From Octopus vulgaris (taxonomy: Eukaryota), in the NCBI GenBank assembly GCA_951406725.2, contig OX597822.1, positions 101,804,001 through 101,868,000 on the forward strand: a stretch of 64,000 nt of DNA, given 5' to 3'. Shown here piece by piece: positions 25,587 to 40,100 of the stretch. The notes under the pieces are model-generated. The model saw only the letters and a program-made list of their open reading frames with translations, had not been told where the DNA came from and made no database searches. Numbering within the stretch: the stretch's first letter is position 1; the number at the start of each line of letters is the position of its first letter. The translations under genes were made by a program, and so were the position numbers.

Positions 25587-26421
25587 GGTGGTGGTGGTGG
25601 TGGAGGTTTTGGTGGTGGTGGTGGTGGTGGAGGTGGAGGTTTTGGTGGTGTTGGTGTTGGTGGTGGTGGAGGTTTTGTGGTGGAGGTTTTGTTGGTGGAG
25701 GTTTTGGTGGTGGTGGTGGTGGAGGTGGTGGTGGTGGTGGTGGTGGTGGTGGTGGTGGTGGTGGTGGTGGTGGTGGTGGAGGTTTTGTTGGTGGTGGTTT
25801 TGGTGGTGGTGGTGGTGGTGGTGGTGGTGGTGGTGGTGTTGATGGTGGTGGTGGTGGAGGTTTTGGTGGTGGTGGTGGTGGTTTTGGTGGTGATGGTGGT
25901 GGTGGTGGTGGTGGAGGTTTTGGTGGTGGTGGTGGTGGTGGTGGAGGTTTTGGTGGTGTTGGTGGTGGTGGTGGTGGAGGTTTTGTGGTGGAGGTTTTGT
26001 TGGTGGAGGTTTTGGTGGTGGTGGTGGAGGTTTTGGTGGTGGTGGTGGTGGTGGTGGTGGTGGAGGTTTTGTGGTGGAGGTTTTGTTGGTGGAGGTTTTG
26101 GTGGTGGTGGTGGTGGTGGTGGTGGTGGTGGAGGTTTTGGTGGTGGTGGTGGTGGTGGTGGTGTTGATGGTGGTGGTGGTGGAGGTTTTGGTAATGGTGG
26201 TGGAGGTTTTGGTGGTGATGGTGGTGGTGGTGGTGGTGGTGGAGGTTTTGTGGTGGAGGTTTTGGTGGTGGAGGTTTTGGTGGTGGTGGTGGTGGTGGCG
26301 GTGGTGGTAGTGGTGGCGACAGCGGCGGCGGCGGTGACGGTGGCGGTCGTGACGGTGGTGGCGGTGACGGCGGCTCTGGCGACGACCGTGGCGGCGGCGG
26401 CGGTGGCGTAGGCGACGGTGG

Positions 26422-26463
<42 letters not shown>

Positions 26464-26660
26464 CGGCGGTGGCGTAGGTGACGGCGGCTCTGGCGACGAC
26501 CGTGGCGGTGACGGCGGCTCTGGTGGCGGTGGCGTAGGTGACGGTGGCGGTGGCGGTGGCGGCGGTGGCGGCGGTGGCGGCGGTGACGGCGGTGGCGTAG
26601 GTGACGGTGGCGGCGGTGGCGTCGGCGGCAGTGGCGTCGGCGGCGGAGTTTGCAGTAGGG
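25587..26660. repeat. G-rich (GGT)n/(GGC)n complex repeat with recurring GGAGGTTTT and GGCGTAGGTGAC units
   Basis: Direct reading. Confidence 0.9.
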
Positions 26661-27774
26661 GTGGGGATGGTTGTAGTTGTGGTGGGGATAATGATGATGA
26701 TGATAGCGGTGGTTGCAGTCGCTTTGGTGGTGGTGGTGGTGATGACAAGAATAATGATAATAGTGATGATGACGACGACGACAATTACGGCGAAAACGAC
26801 GATAAACACGATGACAGCGGCCACAACAATGAAACACCGGCGACGACAACGATGACGATGACGACTGCAACTAGACGTCGACGTCATAAACGACTTTGAT
26901 GGAGCAGGCAAGAGGAGGGTATACGGTGTGGTGCCGGTTTGTGTCTGATCGTGAAATAATGATTGCTTCTCTGATGGTCGCTGTTCGTAAATGTGCCATG
27001 GCCTTACACAAGTGCTTTATTTATGTGGCAAAAATTCTGTTTGTAATAACTGTTGTTTGCGGTAGCGTTTACAAATAGAGGAACCGTTTTTGGTAGTATT
27101 AGTTGCCGTGATTATGGACACCCACTACTACCACCACCACTACATTTACCACTAGTACTACGATTTTCATCATCATAATCATTATCAACATAATCACCAT
27201 CATCATCACTAACCTCCTCCTCCTCCTCCTCCTCCTCTCCAATGTCGGATGGAATAGGCGCGGGGTTTGTCGTCTGGATTGTGCTAAGTGCTAAGTGCTA
27301 TATTCTTGTGGTCATTGCGTGGATTTTGAGCCGTTGTGGCGGTTGTAGTATGTTACAATGTTTGGAAACTGGTTGGCATGGTAACCATGTTTGATTTGTA
27401 TGTGTATGTATGTGTGTGTGTGTGTGGGGGGGTGTTTGTCTGTAGTTGTGCAGTTGTGCTGTTTGTGATGATGGTGATGAAGCGGAAAATGTAGGTGTTG
27501 ATACAAGCGATAAGAATATATGGTACATGATGTTAAAGATAATCATGAGGCGGGGGTGGCGGTCGGGGGGGGGGGGGGCAACCAACATCTTGGTTTTGTT
27601 ATTGGTGGTGGTGGTGGTTACGGTGATGATAGTGAGATGGTGAGATGGTGTTGATGATTATAAAGCTGGTTAGTGGTCGTGTTGGTGGTAATGATGATGA
27701 TGATGATGATGATGTTAGTTGTTAGGCTGGTGGTAGCGGTGATGATGATGATAATGATGATGATGATGATGATG

Positions 27775-27825
<51 letters not shown>

Positions 27826-27826
27826 A

Positions 27827-27928
<102 letters not shown>

Positions 27929-27989
27929 AAGAAACCAGTGCCGTATCACAAGCGAATGTCCTAGACTTGCTCAAAACTACTACACGTTA

Positions 27990-28657
<668 letters not shown>

Positions 28658-28671
28658 ATAATAATAATAAT

Positions 28672-28752
<81 letters not shown>

Positions 28753-28753
<1 letters not shown>

Positions 28754-29045
28754 GATCAAGAAGGGAACCGAAAATTATATGAGAATGATCCCTGGCTTAC
28801 CATCTCTGCAAGAAGTGCAAAAGATTGTCTTAACTGGTACATCACACGTATTGAGAAGAGCATTGTCGATGTGAGAACTGTTGCTGCTCATGTATTTTAA
28901 TTTAACTTTAAAAAAAAAAAAAATGAACAAACTACTGAGTTTGGTTTAATGGCCTACCAATGTATACTATGAGTCTCTTTGCCCTAGGAGTCGGGAAGAC
29001 ACTCGGCAAGAAATGGAAGCAAATTTGAAAGAAGAAAAAAAAGTA
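28753..29045 (+). mobile_element. R4/Dong-like 3' fragment
   Basis: IPGLPSLQEVQKIVLTGTSHVLRRALSM*, then UTR and (AAT)n. Confidence 0.75.
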
Positions 29046-29068
29046 ATAATAATAATAATAATAATAGT

Positions 29069-29119
<51 letters not shown>

Positions 29120-29130
29120 TTAATAGTATA

Positions 29131-29521
29131 TGCCCTGATGCAGTACCAGGCAGTGGCTTTCGTGGATTCTAATCTTAACTGGCTGACGATATGTGCATCT
29201 CTGATCACGAGCAGAAGTAGTGGAGAGCATCATAGCCATGTGTTGAGAGGGATTCTTTGGAGTTTGAATAATTCACCTTTGGAAACAGGGGTGTTTCGTT
29301 CGAGCGGGATGGGCTACTCAACCTGAAGAAAATTCTAACTGGGCCCCACCTGCAAGGTCATGTGCTGTTTATCTTGATATGAGATCACCATGTCGCGCAC
29401 ATATGGTTGTGATGCATGTGCCTGGTGTGCCCTTATCAGACGGGTAGTCATGATGGGTATATTATGCTTCGTATATTTTACCCCAGTGTCACTTTTATGG
29501 CATGCACTGCTCTCTCACTCA
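29131..29521 (+). mobile_element. TAA-associated non-coding element
   Basis: Homologous to 7970-8490; ends CTCTCACTC followed by (AAT)n. Confidence 0.75.
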
Positions 29522-29539
29522 ATAATAATAATAATAATG

Positions 29540-29601
<62 letters not shown>

Positions 29602-29607
<6 letters not shown>

Positions 29608-30886
29608 GGGGAGCTTAAAAGCAAATAAAAAAAAGCAGGGAGCTGAAAAGGAAGTATAATATTGAAAGAAAGTGCCTGAAATTGGTAATGGAGGAACTGA
29701 AACAGCGCCTTGTTGCAAAGAAAGCAAAGATGGTAAAATACGACCAAAGAACGAATGAGATGGACACAAGCGGAGATTGACCATCTCGATCGCACTACCC
29801 GAAAGACAATGACAATGTTTCATACCCTTTACCCTAAGGCAAATGTACACAGGCTCTACATGAAGAGAGGTAAGGGTGGACGTGGGCTGATTAGCGTACG
29901 GGAATGCACCAACAGTGAAAAAGGAAACGTGGCAGAATATTTGGTAGTAAAGAGCAAAGAAGACCTGCTACAGTATGCTGCTAGGGCTGAATTAACCAAA
30001 AAAATGGACTTGAGATTGCTCATGAATTCCGAACAAGAAGAGCCAACGAGAAAGAGTTCCACCGTGAAACCAACAAATTAAAAGACCAGGGAGTATTATG
30101 GAGGTGGCTCAACAAAGGTGACCTAAAAAAGAATACTGAAAGACTAATCATCGCAGCACAGGACCAGGAATTGAAATCAAACTCAGTGAAAAAGAATATG
30201 TATTACGCAAGTGCAACGGACCTCTGAAGAATGTGTGGGAGAGGGTCGAAAATATGACTCACATTGTTACTGCTTGTGAAAGTCCTGCGCAGAAAGAGTA
30301 CAAGAGTAGGCCCGACAAAGTAGCCCAAAACTCCACTGGCTACTACGCCGTACGTATGGATATGAGGATATGAGTGTTTGGTACCAACATACACCGGAAA
30401 TGGTAATGGAGGAAAAGGGGAAGGCAAAAATCCTCCTCGACTTTGATTTCCAGACAGATAAAGTGTTAGAGCACGGAAGGCTGGATATAGTAACCTTTAG
30501 AAGGGACAAACAAGAGTGCCTAATAATCGACGTAGCAGTTCCAGGCGATCAACACATCATCATGAAAGAAAGAGAAAAAGTTGATAAATATGGAGACTGA
30601 GAATTGAGATCGCTAAGATGTGGCAGTTACATGAGTCGAACATAAATGTTATCCTTATTGTCATCGGAACATTGGGTTCAATACCACCCAAAAAAAACAT
30701 CTGAAAACCTTGGAAATACCCTACAATCTAGATGTATTGCAAAATTGTCCTTACTTGGAACTGCACGTATACTGCGTAAAGTACTGTCTGTCTGAGGTCT
30801 TTATTACGACAGTACAGTCCCCACCCCGTAGACAGAATATCTTCAATCAACAACCTCACGATATTGTATACTGTGCGACGTCTATA

Positions 30887-30888
<2 letters not shown>
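29602..30888 (+). mobile_element. R4/Dong-like element (post-RT region, CCHC, RLE)
   Basis: LDRTTRKTMT..RLYMKRGKGGRGL, IIAAQDQ, KILLDFDFQTDKVLEHGRLDI..IDVAVPGD..EKVDKY; (AAT)n on both sides. Confidence 0.88.
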
Positions 30889-30942
<54 letters not shown>

Positions 30943-30982
30943 TGATGATGACGACGACGACGACGACGATGATGATGATGAT

Positions 30983-31275
30983 GCCATGATGCAATACCAG
31001 GCGTTGACTTCTGATCTTAGCTGAAGTGTTATGTATGTTTTGCCTTGGGTTACAGCAAATATTCTGCTCAGTACTACAGATTTGCTCGTCAGTTGTTTGA
31101 CCTTAACCAGTTGAGCATGTCCCTTGGTTGCTGACTATATGTGCATCTCTGATCACAAACAGGAGTAGTGGTGGAGTATCACAGCTATGTGTTGAGAGGA
31201 ATTCTTTGGGGTTTGAATAATTCACCTTTGGAAACAACCCTTATTTAAGGATCTTTTGAGCAGGATGGGCTACTG
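30983..31275 (+). mobile_element. TAA-associated element, 5' part
   Basis: Homologous to 29131 and to the 8490 end. Confidence 0.65.
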
Positions 31276-31447
31276 TAAACCAAAAATTTAACAGAAAACA
31301 AAGGAAAAGTCTGTTAGACGTACACAGTCAATATATTAGACTTTTGCTCAGTGTAAGTTTTAAATAGGAGTGAAAATGAGATTTCGAACATGGTTCTTCG
31401 TTGGACTGTCAAAAACGTCCAGATGAGAGGAAAAGGGGTGGGGTAAG

Positions 31448-31680
31448 AAGGCGGCGAGCTGGTAGCAACGTTAGCACGCCGGACGAGATGCTTAGCGGTA
31501 TTTCGTCTGCCGCTACGTTCTGAGTTCAAATTCCGCCGAGGACCACTTTCCCTTTCATCCTTTCGGAGTCGATTAAATAAGTACCAGCTACGCACTGGGG
31601 TCGATATAATCGACTTAATCTGTTTGTCTGTCCCTGTTTGTCCCCTCTGTGTGTAGCCCCTTGTGGGTAGTAAAGAAATA
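31448..31680 (+). mobile_element. SINE family B monomer
   Basis: Sequence match. Confidence 0.9.
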
Positions 31681-31708
31681 AAAGTAGATAGTCCAGAGAA
31701 AAGCATGT

Positions 31709-31991
<283 letters not shown>

Positions 31992-33909
31992 TCAGACAAT
32001 ATATACAATAATATTAGTGTTTTAATTCCTAAAGAGAACAAAGTAGAGTTTCACAGCTTAGAAATCGCCATGTTGGAGAGGATATTAAATAATCCCGAAG
32101 AAGAAATATATTCAGTTATAAAAAGTGATTACCTCTTATATCGTTTGTTACATAATTTTTCTCCTTCACTTATCTAAAAACTACAGAATTTATTCGGTTA
32201 TTAACTGTTAAGAATACTATCGCACTCTGAAAACTTTTAGAATCTGAGTGCATAGAAATGCAATAATATTCAACAAAATTTAATAGCGATTCTTTTTCGC
32301 GTTTTCTGTATCAAACTCTTTATAATAAAATTCTTTATAATAAAATATTCTTTTAAAGACAAGGCAGAAAAGCATTCTCATATGGAATTAACTAATCCAT
32401 ATGTAATATGGAATATTTCATAACATTCATTAGGGAATGAAAAAGAATATTGTAGACATTTAGCATTTTAGGCACAGTAAAATGATCTTTTCAAAAATGA
32501 TCTTTGACGGATATTTATATTTACCGTACGCGCGTACAATCATATTTAACACGTTCATGTACACCCAGTCGTTGCGTAAATAGTTTCGAGAACATTTTCT
32601 CATAATCAGTGAGTGAAAATACATAATTGGGCTATGGAGGACGTCATCTGATCTTATGGTGCATGCGTTTGTGAGTCCTTAGGGTTTTTTTTTTAATACG
32701 AGTACTGATTCAATCGATCACAGACCTGTAAGATCGGCGCGCGTGAAGCAGCGTTGAATGAAATATATACATGTAAATCTATCCTTACATTTACATTATT
32801 CCATGACAATTTGTTTCTTTGTGACGTAATTAAATTTCTACATTAAGGTCGAGGAAAAGTTGCAGTAATCTTAGTAGTATCCTTATATTCAGTGCTTTAC
32901 TGAGTTAGCTGAGTTAAATTGTAAATTTTGGAGATGTACCTGCATAGCAAGTGACCTGATCTGAGATGGTGTGCATGAACGAAAACAATTGCAGCGTGGA
33001 AGGTGTTTAAAAGCCATTTAAGAAACACACAAAATCCGTTAGATTCACTTCAACATTTAAATTTAATTTGTCAAAATATTTTCGTCGCTTTGAGACCGCG
33101 ACCTGTTGTTCACTGACAAAATTCCGTGCTGCATCTTTTGTGTTATTGTAAATTTTACATTGTATTATCTCTCCTATTAGATCTGTTTTTGTATACATAT
33201 AAGTTCTGAGACTAGACTCACAAGAGCCGAACAAGTTCCACTCGTTGCAAACGTGTCAATTGCAGAGCAGCTGCAAAAATCTTTGATGTGCATCTCGGCA
33301 CGGTGTTTAAGGCATGGATTCTAGATCTGTCAAGATTTCCTCAAGATTTATTGTGAAAGATAAGTGAAAGATTTTCGTATTTTGCAAATCGACTTCTTGC
33401 ATGAAGTTTCCTATTTAGATTGTAGTATATTTTTTTAAATATATTGTTTCAATGTATTATCACGTACAAGATCATGGGTGAAAAAAATATATAAAAGCTC
33501 ATTCGATTCACTGCTGATAAGAGTGGAACAGGTTTTAGGGTGCGATATGTGAAACCCTTCAATGTAGATTCCAATCTATTCATGTGAAAACCACTGCAAT
33601 TTAAGAATGATAAAATTCTTACATTCCTGATCTTCCCCTAAGCGAAATATTTAGATATTTATATGTTCTCTGACACTTCACAAAAGCATCGTCACTACGT
33701 CAAAATCTCCTGTAGAACAAATAAATAACTTCTTTCTTATTCAAGATTCACAAATCCGAGCAGTTCAAATAATGAGTATTGTTATTATCATATTCAACAG
33801 AGGTGCATTTAAAATTTTGAATGTCCTTCCTATACAAGAAAGTATTATGTATTTTATTTAATAAAGTACAGCGACACATTTTATAGCAGGGCGATGTATG
33901 CTTCAAATT

Positions 33910-34250
33910 GGCGCATGGCTCAGTGGTTAGAGCGTCGAGCTTACGATCGTGAGGTTGTGAGCTCGAATCCCGGACCGGGCTGCGTGTTGTGTTCTTGAGC
34001 AAGGCACTTTATTTCACGTTGCTCCAGTTCACTCAACTGTAGAAATGAGTTGCGACGTCACAGGTGCCAAGCTGTATCGACCTTTGTCTTTCCCTTGGAT
34101 AACACTAGTGGCGTGGAGAGGGGAGGCCGGTATGCATGGGCGACTGCTGGTCTTCCATAAACAACCTTGCCCGGACTTGTGTCTAGGAGGGTAACTTTCT
34201 AGGTGCAATCCCATGGTCATTCATGACCGAAGGGGGTCTTTACCCTTTAC
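33910..34250 (+). mobile_element. SINE family D
   Basis: tRNA-like head TGGCTCAGTGG..CGAATCCC; core GTGTTGTGTTCTTGAGCAAGGCACTTTA. Confidence 0.88.
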
Positions 34251-35211
34251 TATAAAACTGGATGTTTGTTGATGAGAGAACAGAAAGAAAAAAGTCGATG
34301 CGACGCAGCTGACATGAAAGATTGTTAGAGCGTATCTAACGACAGAGAAGGAAGAAGGAGACAAAGTGAGTAAATCAAACCGATATCGCCTTTGTTCACA
34401 CTGTAGACGATACCATTAATACCAGTCAAGTACTGCAGATGATAAAAACTACAACTCACCTCCCTAGATGCGTGTCCTGTACCAATATTAACATTAATAG
34501 TATCGGGAACTCAAATCGAAGCGAAGAGGAAGTAGAAAGAAATAAATTCTTATAGTGACCTCATTTAAGTAATGTTGTTATAGTTTAATGGAACATCATT
34601 TTCATTTTGATTATAGTTATGCATTAAACAAAAGTGAAGCAAGTATTAAACAATGTCCCAACATGGCCGTAGTCAAATAGCTATAAACGATGATGACTGG
34701 ATAATGACTGAAAAAGGGTAAAGAATAATGCAGGGCCAGTGTCAACAGACAGGGTACAGTCATTCGATAAAGCAAACAAGTCTTTTCATAAGCGTCGTCA
34801 CAGACTTCGGATCAGGAATTTTTCATTCGCATAATATGCATTTTTTAAAAAGAAGTAAAAAAAATCTGAATATCGGCTGTAATAATGTAGCCTTCCAGTC
34901 TCGCTGCTTTCAACGTATGATGTTGAGGAGGGAAAAAAATTGGAGAAAAAAGTTACAGAGGTTTAAAAATCGAGAAAAAAAAAAAAAGAGGTGGGTATAT
35001 TTAGCCAATAGCGAGACAGGAATTTTCTGCGTTTAGCGGAGCGGTGTCAACTTTAATGTCGTACCCTGTGAAATTTATAGTTTAGCGTCTGACCTGTTCA
35101 TTATAGGCTTCTAAATAAACAGAAATACTTAATTTCATTGTAGGTTTCTAAATAAACAGAAATACCTAATAAAATCAACATATAGCGATGTACGTACACT
35201 TTAGCTCACCT

Positions 35212-35274
<63 letters not shown>

Positions 35275-35424
35275 TAGATAAATAAGTTTACATATACATG
35301 CACACACACACATACATACGTACATACATACATACACACATACATACATACATACACACATACATACATACATACATACACACATACATACATACATACA
35401 TACATACATACATACATACATACA

Positions 35425-35483
<59 letters not shown>

Positions 35484-35771
35484 TTACATGCCCAGGCCTA
35501 TAAGAACGTGGCGCGTGAGCATTGAATTAAATATATGCATGTAAATCTATCCTTGTATTTTCGGTATTTCATGCGCGTGCTGTGTAAAAAACGTGAGGTT
35601 TCGCACCAGTGTAAGCAAACCGCTGCCAATAGCATGATTCCCACGAACTTTCAGTGTTCCAAATTATTAACGAGTGGTCTGACGCCAATTTAAGAGCAAG
35701 GATGAACAGGCGTTAGTGTATTTATCTCGTGGTATAACATCAGAAATTAGCATGTTCCATGGACTAGCACC

Positions 35772-36202
35772 TTACTCTCTTTTACTCTTTTACTCTTTTC
35801 CTTGTTTCAGTCATTTGACTGCGGCGATGCTGGAGTACCGCCTTTAATCGAGCAACTCGACCCCGGGACTTTTTCTTTGTAAGCCCATTAATTATTCTAT
35901 CGGTCTCTTTTGCCGAACCGCTAAGTGACGGGGACGTAAACACACCAGCATCGGTTGTCAAGCAATGCTAGAAGGACAAACCCAGACACACGAACATATA
36001 CACACACATACATACATATATATATATATACATATATACGACAGGCTTCTTTCAGTTTCCGTCTACCAAATCCACTCACAAGGCTTTGGTCGGCCCGAGG
36101 CTATAGCAGAAGACACTTGCCCAAGATGCCACGCAGTGGGACTGAACCCGGAACCATGTGGCTGGTTATCAAGCTACTTACCACACAGCCACTCCTGCGC
36201 CT
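35772..36202 (-). mobile_element. SINE family A
   Basis: Full length. Confidence 0.9.
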
Positions 36203-36384
36203 TTTCCAACTTATTTAAAACAAGCGCTCATTTATCCCTTACTAACCAGCTCACCTATTAATTTTGAACGCTGTTTATTTGTTCATTGCCATTTCTTCCA
36301 TGTTTATGACTGTATGTGTGTGTGTATGCATGTATATGTAAACTTATTTATCTCTCTCTCTATATATATATATATATGCGTGAA

Positions 36385-36727
36385 GGTGCATGACTCAGTG
36401 GTTAGAGCGTCGAGCTTACGATCGTGAGGTTGTGAGCTCGAATCCCGGACCGGGCTGCGTGTTGTGTTCTTGAGCAAGGCACTTTATTTCACGTTGCTCC
36501 AGTTCACTCAACTGTAGGAATGAGTTGCGACGTCACTGGTGCCAAGCTGTATCGGTCCCTTTGCCTTTCCCTTGGATAACACTGGTGGTGTGGAGAGGAG
36601 AGGCCGGTATGCATGGGCGACTGCTGGTCTTCCATAAAAAACCTTGCCCGGACTTGTGTCTAGGAAGGTAACTTTCTAGGTGCAATCCCATGGTCATTCA
36701 TGACCGAAGGGGGTCTTTACCCTTTTA
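36385..36727 (+). mobile_element. SINE family D
   Basis: Near-identical to 33910. Confidence 0.88.
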
Positions 36728-36912
36728 TGACTGTATGCGCTCATTTCAGTGTATACATCAAACAATTAAATTGGTATTTTCTTGTTTACACCTCGCTAAT
36801 AATTTGAAACAGTGACAGTTTACGTAAATTTGGTAAATGGCCGCAGTATTGGTAAAATTATTAAATGTGTTGTTTAACAGAACCTCACGTTGTTTGCACA
36901 ACATGTGCATAT

Positions 36913-37320
36913 AGGCGCAGGAGTGGCTGTGTGGTAAGTAGCTTGCTAACCAACCACATGGTTCCGTGTTCAGTCCCACTGCGTGGCATCTTGGGCAAGT
37001 GTCTTCTGCTATAGCCTCGGGCCGACCAATGCCTTGTGAGTGGATTTGATAGGCGGAAACTGCAAGAAGCCTGTCGTATATATGTATATATATATATATA
37101 TATGCGTGTGTGTGTTTGTGTGTCTGTGTTTGTCCCCCCAACATCGCTTGACAGCCGATGCTGGTGTGTTTACGTCCTCGTTACATAGCGGTTCGGCAAA
37201 AGATACCGATAGAATAAGTACTGGGCTTACAAAAGAATAAGTCCCGGGGTCGAGTTGCTCGATTAAAGGCGGTGCTCCAGCATGGCCGCAGTCAAATGAC
37301 TGAAACAAGTAAAACAATAA
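36913..37320 (+). mobile_element. SINE family A
   Basis: Full length, AGGCGCAGGAGTGGCTGTGTGG head. Confidence 0.9.
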
Positions 37321-37904
37321 GAACAATAAAACAATAAACAATATAACTGTTACCAACATTCTTGGAAAATCTCGAATTCTAACGAATAGTTCTTAAATAA
37401 AATGTTTAAAACGTTACTTCATTAATGATTTGAAACGCAGTGTATATATACAAGCATCCATACTCACATCGCTTATACTCTTTCTCCTGACGATCACAAT
37501 GACGTGAAACACAAGTCAGATACTAGTTTACAGCTTCGCTTCTAAAAAGAAAACCATTATCGTCCATATGTACGGAGCGTTCTTTCCTTAGTTGTTCGAC
37601 ATAAAGCAACGTACGAATATACGCATGTACATATACATATGTATTTTATATATATTTACATATACATATATGTGTATGCCTGTGTGTATTTGCATGCGTG
37701 TTATACACAATGAGGCACATATACATATGTATTCTACATGCATACATATATACGGATATGTCTGTAAGGATACACATATTTGTATACATCCATACACACA
37801 CACACATATATATGTATATGTATATATGTATAGATATATATATGTATATATATATATATACAGGTATATATTTATATATTTACATATATACATATATACG
37901 TGTA

Positions 37905-37948
<44 letters not shown>

Positions 37949-38053
37949 CATAAATATATATATATACATATATTTTATATTATATATATATATACATATA
38001 TATAAATAAATAAATATATATATGTATATATATATATACATATATATAAATAA

Positions 38054-38149
<96 letters not shown>

Positions 38150-38982
38150 TGTATATTATATATGCATTATATAAATCCAAATTAATATGGAACATATTAC
38201 ACTACTTGCAGTTTATGCTGGAATGGTTTCGATTAAAGTAAAGCATTAATCACTGTAGCAATTATGGCTTCTTCATGCAGTCCTATTTGCACACGCATTC
38301 TTGTATGTATGCGTACACAAGCGCTGAAACATTTTTCACCATGTATAAGACACTCACATGCATACACCTACACACACACACACACATTCATATATACATA
38401 TATATACGTGTGTGTGGAATTGTATATGTGCACGTAAACATGTGTGTGTGTGCGTGCATGTGTGTGTGTCTGTGTACGTATATCGTATATTTCAAGACTG
38501 GAATAAATATATAGAATGCCACGTTTTTTTTTCTTTCTTTATTCACCTGCTTCATTCCGCTAAGTAATTATAGTTTAATGCAATTACAGTTGAATTTCTT
38601 CAGGCATTTTTTATGGATCTTCAACTAGATATTATCGTGTCACCAACGGCTCACTAGTTTGGCAGATATATTTGAAAATATTTCTAAATTTCTAAATTTT
38701 TGGAGTTTAGTAAAAGAAAATACTACAACTGACAAGACTACATAACTTTATCTGGTCCACAAAAGCCAAAAGAAGCCACACACAGCTTTCCATTTTTTGT
38801 ATATAGTCGTTTCAGTAAAGTTTGTAATTTATTTACTGGTAAAAATTTGTGAAGAAACTTTCCGAAGTAAGTTATAAATGCATGGGCAGACTCGGTATAT
38901 CCTCCAGTGCTTTTTTTCTGATTGAGTGATGGATCATGCTGACTTTGGCTTGGAGGTTATTGTAATATATATTGACTGCATT

Positions 38983-39292
38983 AAGGTGGCGAGCTGGCAG
39001 AAACGTTAGCACGCCGGGCGAAATGCGTAGCCGTATTTCGTCTTCCGCTACGTTCTGAGTTCAAATTCCACCGAGGTCGACTTTGCCTTTCATCCTTTCG
39101 GATTAAGTACCAGATACGCACTGGGGTCGATATAATCGACTTAATCCGTTTGTCTGTCCTTGTTTGTCTCCTCTGTGTTTAGCTCCTTGTAGGTAGTAAA
39201 GAAATAGGTATTTTGTCTGCCGTTACCTTCTGAGTTCAAATTCCGCCGACGTCGACTTTGCCTTTTATCCTTTCGAGGTCTATAAATTAAGT
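38983..39292 (+). mobile_element. SINE family B with partial second body
   Basis: Sequence match. Confidence 0.88.
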
Positions 39293-39309
39293 ATATATAT
39301 ATATATATA

Positions 39310-39575
39310 ACTGCGAGTTGTAGGATCGCGGTTTCGACGCCCAGACCGGGCGGTGTGAGTGTTTATTGAGCAAAAACACCTAAAGCTCCACGAGGCTCCG
39401 GCAGGGGATGGTGGCGATCCCTGCTGTACTCTTTCGCCACAACTTTCTCTCACTCTTTCTTTTGTTGGCCTGCTCGCTTAGCCAGCGGGGTGGCGTAATT
39501 TGAAAGCTGAAACAATGCAAAGCGCATTGTGTAGCAACATCTGATAGCCTGGTCAGTCACGGTGATCACGGTCAT
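39310..39575 (+). mobile_element. SINE family C head with a third tail type
   Basis: Matches family C up to CACAACTTTCTCTCACTCTT, then diverges. Confidence 0.75.
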
Positions 39576-39819
39576 ATATATATATATATGTATGTATATG
39601 TCTGCCAAATACATTCGCAAAGTTTGGGTCAGCCCGAGGCCATAGTAGAAGACACTTGCTCAAAATGTCACGCAGTGGGACTGATCCCAGAACCATGTGC
39701 TCGGGAAGAAAACTTCTTACCACCCTGCGACGCCTGTGCCTATGTTGATCCTATGTTCAATGTTCATCTTCTGAATATTTTCAGTTTTGTTTTTCACTAT
39801 ATATCCCTATGTATATTTA

Positions 39820-40100
39820 CATGTATGTATGTATGTATGTATGTATGTATGTATGTATGTATGTATGTATGTATGTATGTATGTATGTATGTATGTATGT
39901 ATGTATGCATGCATGCATGCATGTATGTATGTATGCATGCATGCATGTATGTATGTATGTATGTATGCATGCATGCATGCATGTATGTATGCATGTATGT
40001 ATGTATGTATGTATGTATGCATGCATGCATGCATGTATGTATGTATGTATGTATGTATGTATGTATGTATGTATGTATGTATGTATGTATGTATGTATGT
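39820..40100. repeat. (TGTA)n/(TGCA)n microsatellite
   Basis: Direct reading. Confidence 0.95.

Noticed and set aside
25380-26911. Three 421-496 aa minus-strand ORFs (extensin-like, His-rich or Thr-rich)
   Set aside because: CCA/CCG repeats cannot form stops; all frames are open and units shift frame, so there is no evidence of coding
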